Positions 10,417-20,597 of a stretch of DNA of 64,000 nt are shown here, piece after piece. The stretch's first letter is position 1. Every line of letters begins with the position of its first letter. The position numbers were made by a program, and so were the translations under genes. The DNA is from Nemertoderma westbladi. Its lineage: Eukaryota > Animalia > Xenacoelomorpha. The DNA lies in assembly GCA_032718475.1 (NCBI GenBank), contig JAUCBJ010006887.1:99515-163514 (forward strand), in the 5' to 3' direction. The notes below the pieces were generated by a model. That model was not told the origin of the DNA. It was given only the letters and a program-made list of their open reading frames with translations, and made no database searches.

Positions 10417-10714
10417 TGAAAGAAAGGCAACTTATTGGCCTAAAAATAGCGGGCATTTGTGTTCAAATACATTGGATGCATAAAAACAGCTAAAAAGGCG
10501 GAATGCACCGCGAAAATGAAAGTAATATTGCCCCCTGCTATCGCAAATCATTACATTTCACTAACACCGGGAATATTTACCGGTACCTTACTAATACTAC
10601 AGTATAATCGGACTGATGCATTGGAACTGCACATTGAGATGCTAAGCCAGCTTAACAAAAACATTTTGTCACCACCAGCATTCCACAATTGGCAATCACG
10701 ATGCAGCTTGCATT

Positions 10715-11640
10715 AAGAATGCTATGCCGGCGTATCAACAAAGTTACACCGCCACAACTCCCTATCCCCCATGACTTTCGCGAGATTAGCGGCATCTTCA
10801 AGGCCAGTGCCCTTTACGAGGCGTTTTACGAAAGTCCTGGGCTGTCCACCATGCTTATTCACTCCATGAGGCTGCCAAAGTACAAGATTATGCACTGGCT
10901 GGTCCTCACGGCGAAAACAATGTCCTGCAAAGCGGAGGCGATTTTGTTCTAGTGTCAAGCTTAGGGGAACCAATGAGACACCTCCAATGTTATATAGTGT
11001 CTGGTTGGAGATGTGGGCATCGTACTTGACACAGTGAACCCGGCGTAGCATTCTTGTGAATGTGCCATCCAGAGATTTGGTGTCCTCATAAGTTAGAGCC
11101 CAGCATGCACTCCCATAGAGGAGTACTGGAACTACTGCTGCCCTAAATAATCGGACCTTTAACCGATCAGAGATTTACTGAGGACTTTCAAAGTTAACTG
11201 TCAAAATTTTGGAGTTCTTTTTGGAGTTAACAGAAAGGCCAACTCTAGTGAGGCTCCCTCTAGTGATTCTGAGAGTACTCCTAAGTCATCAGCAGTCTAG
11301 ATCAGTTAGGTACTTGGCAGGATTTCCTCGACTTCTGGAGCCAGTAGGTGGAGTTACCATCACCCCATCATCATTATGATGATCTAAGGACAAGCGTAGA
11401 ACATAGTCAACCACAATTATGAACAAGAATGGTGCAAGTGTGTCTCCCTGAGGAGACTCTCTACATAACATTTCGAATTGTACTGCGCCACCGTCAACAG
11501 TAGACATGTTGTCGAACCATCGTATACTGATCTGATTGCTGGAATATTTCCAGAAATCCCATATAATGAAAGTATGCTGAGCGAGAGACTGAATCAAATG
11601 CCAAATTCCCCGAAAAGAACCATAGAGTGTTAGGTTGAAT
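10715..11640 (-). mobile_element. Degenerate RTE-like non-LTR retrotransposon fragment (RT to 3' end) with internal deletions
   Basis: QGDTLAPFLFIIVVDYVLR...YLTDLD and RLRFAGHCFR motifs. Homologous to the copy at 51285-52960. Confidence 0.85.
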
Positions 11641-11869
11641 ATTTACCGGTATCTTGAGCTTGATGTTAAATATAAGAACAAATAATGGAATTTTCTGTAA
11701 ACCAACGACGACTTATTTCACTATTTCGACTTTCTACGCAATGTAAAAAATATGAAGAGAAACCTTGTTACTTTATGACCCTTTTCTCATGTAATAAATA
11801 GCTGGCCTATCGGAAAAGGCATATTCTGTATCGTAATTTTGATTGATAAAATATGAGACCAGATATAAT

Positions 11870-12829
11870 TTAGGTTTTTAAAATAGTAAAACTTTCCCTC
11901 ATTTCCTTGTAATTATGAAACCCCGAATTCGGTGTAACGAGTTTCTGCCATGCTTCATCTATTTTATTGGCAACGTTTTGGGAAATATTCGACTTCCCCT
12001 GACCAATGCCGCCGCCACTCAGCCGAACTTTGGGCGCCATAAATCTATCCAATTCTTCTGGTTTGCGTTTCATTACAGCGAGATGGAAGAGCGTCTGGGA
12101 CGGGCGGTCATCAAACTTATCAACATTGGAACTCATATAATCGAAAGTCGATCTGCTCAGAACTAATTCCTTTAATTTACGAGTCAAAGGAACCCCAATA
12201 AACCCGGAGATCCTTTCGAGACATAGGTCAATGTCCTCATGTAAATCTTCGTAATGTAACCAGAGTAGATTAGGATTGGAATAACGAGGAATCCAAGAAG
12301 CCAAGTTTCCCCAGTAATCGAAAAATACCGCATCTCTGTAGTGCATAAGAACTGAATCGATAAAGTTTTCGAAATCTCGGTTGAAATTATCTGTTTCTGT
12401 CCCCAACATGACTGAAAGGTACCGATACATAGAATACATGGTGTCTACCGGGTCGCGTATTATATAGATATATCGGCATCCTTTAGGTACCCAGTCGTAA
12501 GTATCGTGGTTCTTAAAACACCTCGGAAACCATTTCTGTTCGATATTAATATTGATATTGTAGTCGATCCATTGAGGGGCCAGATACGGGATCACGGAAT
12601 CGATCTCATCGAACTCGTCGTCCCCACCGGTTCTCAGCTGGTGGACAATCTGTTGGACCCACGTGGTTCCGGTTTTACCCGGAGATACGATGAGTGTGTC
12701 GGTATCTCGCGGCTCCCGCAGTCTCGGAGGCGGCGTCGGAGTTACATGAGTAGCGAAGTATTCCCGTATTGACGCGAAAGTGTCAAGGGGTTTGAAAGGG
12801 CCTCCCGGGAATTTAACTGGGTTTTCCAT
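11870..12829 (-). CDS. Cytosolic-type sulfotransferase (Sulfotransfer_1 family), intronless, 319 aa
   Basis: 5'-PSB loop SPGKTGTTW, catalytic-His region FKNH, 3'-PB motif IIRDPVDTMYS, LHYEDL, and a C-terminal VRLSGGGIGQGK (RKGxxG-like) motif. ATG to TAA. Confidence 0.93.
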   Translation of the reverse strand: MENPVKFPGGPFKPLDTFASIREYFATHVTPTPPPRLREPRDTDTLIVSPGKTGTTWVQQIVHQLRTGGDDEFDEIDSVIPYLAPQWIDYNININIEQKWFPRCFKNHDTYDWVPKGCRYIYIIRDPVDTMYSMYRYLSVMLGTETDNFNRDFENFIDSVLMHYRDAVFFDYWGNLASWIPRYSNPNLLWLHYEDLHEDIDLCLERISGFIGVPLTRKLKELVLSRSTFDYMSSNVDKFDDRPSQTLFHLAVMKRKPEELDRFMAPKVRLSGGGIGQGKSNISQNVANKIDEAWQKLVTPNSGFHNYKEMRESFTILKT

Positions 12830-13249
12830 TTTACATATTTAATCAATTTAAATTTATTCAGTAATTAATTTCAAAAATCCAATTTATAAAGGCATTTAAT
12901 GACAAATAAATCACAATGCATTTATCGCATTCGATAATGTTTAAGTATATTTATCAATGCACACAGAGAAAAAGAAATAGGAGAAATAGGCCTACGGTAT
13001 AATAGTAATACTATTCATATAAATATTATAAAGTTGATAAACAATAAGCTAACAACAATATGTAGGAGTATACTGTATTGAGGCCTAAATAACACTGAGA
13101 AGGGGTTGGGGGGTGGCATGCCTGAGACTACAGTATATTGTTCTACATTGGTGTGGGGTTGGGGTCTGGACTAAACGTTAAGTAACGCTAAAATTCTAAA
13201 CAGGAAATTAATTTTTTTCAATTCAATTTCTAAACTAATTAATATAATT

Positions 13250-13450
13250 ATATTAAATCGCATCAGGGATCCCATTAAGAGACTGCTACGCGGCTACAGT
13301 ACGTTCCATAAAGGTCGTGGGACCATGGAGCCCATTTTAGCACTTGGAAGGATAATTGAAGAGTTATCAAAAAAGAAAGACAGCCATATGGCCGTTATCT
13401 TTGTTGAATTATTCAAGGCTTTCTTCGATTCAGTCTCTCGATCACATACT
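13250..13450 (+). mobile_element. Short RTE-like LINE fragment, inverted relative to the 10.7-kb and 52-kb copies
   Basis: Its reverse complement matches ~52335-52537 (GGGCTCCATGGTCCCACGACCTTTA, GGGATCCCTGATGCGATTTAATA). Confidence 0.85.
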
Positions 13451-15923
13451 GTATGTTACTGCATACCCATATGCTAAAGCTTCGCTCACTTCGTGGCTCG
13501 CCCCACAACGCAAACGCCAATTATATAACTAAGTTAGATAATGGTGCCTGCTGGACCCGAAACGTCGTATTTGTATTTACTGCCTGTAACATTTGTTGTG
13601 TATATATAATTAAAATGAAATTTAAATGGGTTGTAATTGCTATTGTTTTCTTAATTTCACTGCTAAGATTCCCCACCAATGAACCACTAACTAAGTTAGT
13701 TTTCTTGCTGTTGTCTCTTTGTGGCACACATCGCCGGTGTTTTGGCCAGCTAAATTAAATTTAAATTTGCGATATGTTTTTTGGATGCTGATCACGATTA
13801 TGGAATAAAAATTTAACATAGTAGAAAATTTCTGGTAATTTGGTATGTGCACCCTAAGTCACGAAAAAACAAGTAGTGTGAATTGGATAATAAAAAATCA
13901 CCACCTTATCAACCGGATTTTATGAGCATCTGTGGACTGGGATGCTGAACACAACAACAAATATGGCACTTAAAAATATCGTTTCTGAATGATAATGGTT
14001 TCCCTTGGAGATGTATTGATTGCTTCACGGCCCCTGTGCTTCAAGTACAACACCCACCACCACCAGTCACGTACCTAAATTATCTACAAATCTTAATGAG
14101 ATTTTATGGTAGTTTGTTATTTTGGATTTAAATCTGGGGATGTTTTCATAATAATAATAATGCAGTAATCGCCATTTGTAACACATCGAATTTTTATCGT
14201 GAAGGCCAGAATTTGTATTCAGGATTTCAAACGGTTATTGTTATGTTACAGTATATAAATCTATAAACTCAAAATAGTGGTTATTGTTTTTATTGCTTAT
14301 TTGAATTCCCCTCTTTGCACAGACTGTTTGTTTATTGTTACAGTATAGTGAAAGTGTAAGTGTAGTATACACGTGTGTAAAATAATGAAGGTCAGTTCCC
14401 AACATTTAGCAAACAAGTTTCTGCTACAAGAATGCCGGTATTTCTCTACATTATCTAGTTTGATTCTATTAAAAGTTTAGAACGCTAAGATCTGATGAGA
14501 AATTTAAACGTCGCTGTTAAATCAAATGCCAATTATGTTCATTCAATATATTATTAAAATCTGTGTAACAATAATATAACCACAGGGTACATCGTTACGT
14601 TAACAACCACAAACCGACTCAACCTCTAAATAATTTAGTAAGTTTACCTAGGGAAAAAATTATGTTAGCTAAAAATATAATATTATTAGACTACTGTATG
14701 TAATATGTAATGGTTGGTAGCAACAGACCCATAAAATAAAATTATTAATTTAATATGAAAAAAACTGTGTACACAAAGTAAAATAAAGGCACATTGTTTA
14801 AAAATTAAAAAAAGTTAAATATTATTACAGGTAACAGCGCAAATGGAACAACGAGTTACGAATAATTATTAATCATACATAAAATGTTAAACATACAATT
14901 AAGAATTAACAATATTATAACCTACATGGCGACAGGTTTGACTCTCAAAAAATAATTAATTTTAAATAACGACCTACTTATAACTTATGGTTTTCTGAAC
15001 TTTTACGGGAAATGTTGTTTTCACCGGAAATGCAGCAGTATCACAAAAATAGGTAACTGTGGAACAAAGTAATATGCAGTCCAGACGAAAAAACCTAAGG
15101 CACATTGGTATGAATAACTGTGACCTGTAAAATTCCCCTTTCACCAAAATATAATGCTGAATCGCTTTGAATCTCGCCTTCAAGACAACTTAAATCCACA
15201 GCAAAAAACAAGAAATTAAATAAAAAAAATTCTTCCTTCCTAAGCAAGTTACAATAAAAGAACATATTATTAGTTGCTTGTGGTCAATGTTTGGGTTAAC
15301 GCCAGCATTAACCAATGTAGTTTAGTATAGTACCAAACTTACTCCCCTTAACCAACACAAAATAAACAAAAACCCTCCATGGTTTAATGCTAAGCTATAT
15401 TGCACGAATCTAATCTACGTTAAAGATACACTTAGAGATAATAATAATATATTGATAAAAAGAAAAATGATAATATTCACAAATTCACAATAAATTAAAT
15501 ATTTAACAATAGAAAAAAGCATCGTGGGATTAGCACAGAATTACATGGAATTATTTCTAAGCGTTTCTGTATTTAATATTGTTACCCTACAATTAGTACA
15601 TTAAATTATATAAAATTTAAATAATATCTACAGTTTCGTAGAATGTTTAGATAACATTTAAAGGCTAAATACCTAAGATAAAATGCTAAATAATTTAGTA
15701 CTTTATAAGATGATAGTGCGAATCGGGAACTGTAAACCTATAAAGCGATATATTACGACTTGGAGTAAAAGTAATTTTATTCGAAAATGGAAATAAATAT
15801 TTATTATAAAAAGGTTATATTTCTTAACAATTTAATGTGCAAGACTACTCAGTATGTGGTTCTAGTTGATTGTAGCGAAAGTAAACATATGATGTTGCTT
15901 AATTAAACCAGAAATTAACCGGA

Positions 15924-16363
15924 AATTTTTAGACCTTAGAACATGTCTTAATTATCGATTATAACCAATTGGTTATTGATTATTGACTTAATAAATATTA
16001 CACATAGGAGATGGTTTAGCGCGAAATTCGAACTCAAATGTTTACCTGAATTTTTCTCAAATGGCCCTTTTTTTTTTTACTAAAAATCGATCTCCTCCGC
16101 ATTTCATAACGGATTTCGATTCTGTTTGGTGGACATTGTAGGTAAAGATTGTGTCTACAGAATAATGGGGCAGATTTTCAAAATTTTGCTGCAATTAAAA
16201 GCTATGACGTCACAAATGTCATTTTTTCATAAAATTTTGTTTTTAAAAAAATTGATGACATTGAATTTCGCGCTACTCCTATTGGTTAATATTTATTATG
16301 TCAATAATCAATAACCAATTGGTTATAATCGATAATTAAGACATGTTCTAAGGTCTAAAAATT
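15924..16363. mobile_element. MITE-like element with ~75-bp inverted repeats
   Basis: AATTTTTAGACCTTAGAACATGTCTTAATTATCGATTATAACCAATTGGTTATTG on the left and its reverse complement on the right. Confidence 0.8.
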
Positions 16364-16905
16364 ACGCTGAGTCCATTTCTGCAGTGATTTAAATTAGTGG
16401 AATATTAAAATAGCTGTATCTCAAAAACTAAAAGTCGCATAACGATGCAGATTTTACCATTAAAATCACCGTAAAATTCTGTATTAGATAAAATTAAAAA
16501 TAAAACTGTCCAAATTTTACCCTTCTCGGTGAACCCCCCACCCCCCCCCCCCCCCCCCTTCCGTATATCCCTTAAATATTATTCCTATTTTCGAATAAAA
16601 ACACTAAATATAATTTCGCGGAATCTACAAGTAAATTACTCGTACTAACTACAACCTGCGTTTGTTTAAGGCACTGGCTCAGATAGAGTGGAATATATTT
16701 TAGGATGAGCCCTAATATTGGCTGTGATCCGAGTTTACCAACACATTTACACACAATCGACCACCGACCTACTTATTAGGGATATTTGAAGACGTTATGT
16801 AGATTTTGATTAAATTATATGCCGTCGAACTTGAATAACAACAATGTAGACCTTGAATAAATAAATGTGCACAGCACATTAAGTGGTTAAATTAATCATA
16901 ATTCT

Positions 16906-17531
16906 CAAGGTCTACACTACAATAATCCAAGGTCTACACTACAATAATCCAAGGTCTACACTACAATAATCCAAGGTCTACACTACAATAATCCAAGGTC
17001 TTCACTACAATAATCCAAGGTCTACACTACAATAATCCAAGGTCTGCACTACAATAATCCAAGGTCTACACTACAATAATCCAAGGTCTACACTACAATA
17101 ATCCAAGGTCTACACTACAATAATCCATGGTCTACACTACAATAATCCAAGGTCTACACTACAATAATCCAAGGTCTACACTACAATAATCCAAGGTCTA
17201 CACTACAATAATCCAAGGTCTACACTACAATAATCCAAGGTCTACACTACAATAATCCAAGGTCTACACTACAATAATCCAAGGTCTACACTACAATAAT
17301 CCAAGGTCTACACTACAATAATCCAAGGTCTACACTACAATAATCCAAGGTCTACACTACAATAATCCAAGGTCTACACTACAATAATCCAAGGTCTACA
17401 CTACAATAATCCAAGGTCTACACTACAATAATCCAAGGTCTACACTACAATAATCCAAGGTCTACACTACAATAATCCAAGGTCTACACTACAATAATCC
17501 AAGGTCTACACTACAATAATCCAAGGTCTAC
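16906..17531. repeat. 22-bp minisatellite CAAGGTCTACACTACAATAATC, ~28 nearly identical copies
   Basis: Directly visible, with only a few single substitutions. Confidence 0.97.
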
Positions 17532-19130
17532 CATATTGAATCCAATCACATGTAAGGTTGTATACAGATAATAGTTTTATAAATTTATTGTATTATTTTG
17601 GCAGTTCATCAGTAAAGTTTACAAAACCAATATATAACTAACTGTAATACATTTACTATTGTTGGCTGTATACAGCAATCAGTTTAAATACTCGTTCAAG
17701 GTCTATATTTTTCTACCTAGATCGAGAATTAGTTGTCAATAGACCCTCTCCACCCAGCGAAACTTTAATTAGGTGAACTGTATTCAGTTGTAATCCCGTT
17801 CGTTTAATAATAATTCAATAAATGGAAAAAGTGCCAGTGAAGTCAACATTGGAACTGTATTAATTAATTCACTTCGTCGCTCTACTGCTAACTACCCATT
17901 TATGTTGAGAAGTTTTATCGAGTAATTTAATTTGATATAAAAAGCAGCAAATTTTATTTTGGCGTTCATTAGATACAACCGTTTAAACATTTTCGTATAA
18001 ATTAATCACTCTATCTGAGTCAGTACCGTAAATATAACTATTATTAAAAAAATATATAAGAAATATTCCCAAACTAAAACTGCAAGAAACATCGAAAAAT
18101 ATTTTTTATTTTTTATTAAAAATAACCAGATAACTCAAAAAAACAAAATATAACATCATTGATAATAATTTTAAACATTACAGCTGGTTGTTATTCTGAA
18201 TAAAAACAACATGTACAGTTTACATATAAACTCACAGCCGTCACAGGTTTACAATTCACACTTCTATCAAATTAAATGAAACGTTTCCACAACAATTCGT
18301 GAGAAATTGTTTTATTTCTTAAAATAGTCAATAAGTATAAGATACAGTCTATCTAAACGAATCCTTTATGGTGGGATAAATAGTACCAGAAGTGAAAATA
18401 TATAATACAAAAAATAAACACAATTACATTAATAAATTTACTTCAAACAGAGTAAATATAATATGGACAGAAATTTATGAAATTAAGTATTTCGATAAAT
18501 TGTAATATTGTTTAATATTTACTAATATGTTGCAATAATAATATCAGGACTACGCACACATTAGACATGAGTTCTACCAGGTGGTTGGGAATGTAAACGC
18601 AATAGAATGTGTTTATTGAATGAGTGCATTAAGAAATAAACAACCCATGTAGACTGGTCCAAAAACTACAGTAATTTCAACTTTACAGGTCTTCCCGGCT
18701 GGAAGTATTAATTTGGGCTTCAACATCGTTGTTGAGGTGAATCCGATTTGAAGAAAATCTAGTTAGCAACAATGACGTCACATGGAGGTAGTGCGACAGC
18801 GTCATAACTCACATAATTGCGATGACGAAGTGGTTGTACTTACATTGGGGGGACTCGACGCAAATCCTATCTCAGCGAATTAATATCTCGCCTCAATGTT
18901 AAATCCCCAATATATGGAATGGAACAATATGTGGACAGATAATTGGAGTCAGCCGTGCAATAAATATCTCGATAGCTACATCATCTTCGCTTTTTGACCA
19001 CGACAATGGGGGTTGTGAAGCTATCACATTACTATTACACATTGGAATTTTAGTTAGAATTTTGCACGTTAAATTTCAACAAATCGTTATAAACCCCAAA
19101 CTAACGTGTGACTACAAAACAAAGACCCAA

Positions 19131-19779
19131 TAGGGTTGGTGCGCGAAACAATTGTTGGGCTAGAAACAATTGAATAAGGGGAACAAGGTGGGTGCCCTGA
19201 ATCGAGTGGCGGGTGTGTTTTTTTGTAAAAACACCCCGGGAAGCCAATTTTGAAAATCGGCTGTGATTGGCTGCTACATATTTGACGTCATTACACAGTG
19301 CTCTGATAATTTCTTAACTTGTTTCTATGGAGAGAGATTTTCGATCGATTCAAATACATATTAAATCTCAATCATTTCACAAGTGGCTTATATCAATTGA
19401 AAGCGGAGAGTCTGGAAACGACATTATATCACCATGAATTTAATTAATTGTAGTGTCAAAAGACGCGCAAGACTCTCCGCTTTCAATACATTGATATAAG
19501 CCACGTGTGAAATGATTGAGATTTAATATGTATTTGAATCGATCGAAAATCTCTATCCTTAGAATCCAAGATAATAAATTATCAGAGCACTGTGTATGTG
19601 TAATGACGTCAAATATGTAGCAGCCAATCACATTGGCTTCCCGGGCTTACTTAAACCCGCCATTTCGACCGTATCCTCGTGTTTTTACAAAAAACACACC
19701 CCGCCACTCGATTCAGGGCACCTTGTTACCCCTTATTCAATTATTTCTAGCCCAACATTTTTTTCGCGCACCAATCCTA
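19131..19779. mobile_element. Foldback MITE (near-palindrome, ~290-bp arms)
   Basis: TAGGGTTGGTGCGCGAAA...TTTCGCGCACCAATCCTA; the arms align along their whole length around a short spacer near 19415-19465. Confidence 0.9.
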
Positions 19780-19974
19780 TTAAGTAACCTGCATAATCTT
19801 GCAACATGTGTTAATTTTCGTTTATTGTTTTGGTTCCCATAACACGGTTCTCTAACCTGCTCCTTTACTAATCTGCACCTTTAAATGGCAATGGGACCTA
19901 ACGCTCTTGGTGACCTGTACAAAACAAAGAGGTAAAGTTGCGTTAGGTCCCAAAGAACGTTAAGTTCTAAGAAC

Positions 19975-20237
19975 GTGTGTCACAGTGTCCGAGTGGATAC
20001 GGCGCCTGAACTGCTTACACAATAGTGTTTGGTGGCGCAGGTTCGAATCCGACTAAAGGCTGTAGAAATTTCGCACTGTTGTGTCCCTAGGCAAGACACT
20101 TTAGACATTAGTGCCTACGTCAACCCAGCGGTATAATGGGAACCTGGCTTTGCTGGGGTAATGATAATAAAAGCGCTTTGAGTATGCTGAGCGTAGAAAG
20201 GCGCTATATAAATAACCAATATTATTATTATTATTAA
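19975..20237 (+). mobile_element. tRNA-derived CORE-type SINE with an L2-like 3' tail
   Basis: A box TGTCCGAGTGG, B box GGTTCGAATCC, central TGTGTCCCTAGGCAAGACACTT...CCCAGCGGTATAATGGG (MIR/CORE-like), and tail AAGCGCTTTGAG...GGCGCTATATAAAT followed by (ATT)n. Confidence 0.85.
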
Positions 20238-20597
20238 GTCCCAAAGAGCGTTAGGGCCCTAAGAGCGTTAGGGCCATAAGAGCGTTAGGGCCCTAAGAGC
20301 ATTAGGTCCCATTGCCATTTAAAGGGGCAGGTTAGTAAAGGAGCAGGTTACAGAGGCGTGTTGGGGGAACTAAAACAATAAACGAAAGTTAACATATGTT
20401 TTGTACAGGTCTTTATTCTTTGGGTCTTTGATTCGTAGTGAATGTAGACACTTCCAAATTAACACTAATAGACAGAACCAGTCATGGTAAATATTATTCT
20501 CATACAAATGAAGATAGGCAGTAGAGACACAGAGAACACATTGATCCAGAAAATATAATTGTCATAACAAAACTTAAAAATGTTTCAAATCTAAAAG

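Larger units (their letters stand above)
19108..20441. mobile_element. Host MITE with long inverted termini, interrupted by a foldback element and a SINE
   Basis: The left arm (GTGACTACAAAACAAAGACCCAA...TGTGTTAATTTTCGTTTATTGTTTTGGTTCCC...AACCTGCTCCTTTACTAA) is mirrored at ~20300-20441. An uninterrupted copy of the left arm lies in the MCCC1 intron (~46993-47072). Confidence 0.7.

Noticed and set aside
9482-10483. 290-324 aa ORFs (HVRH, PRTA, VRGT and VPYV repeats)
   Set aside because: They are translations of the 12-bp satellite; several frames on both strands are open only because the unit lacks stops.
16906-17531. Possible CRISPR array
   Set aside because: Head-to-tail 22-mers with no spacers.
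19975-20060. tRNA gene
   Set aside because: A and B boxes are present, but the sequence continues into a SINE core and tail and has no proper acceptor stem.
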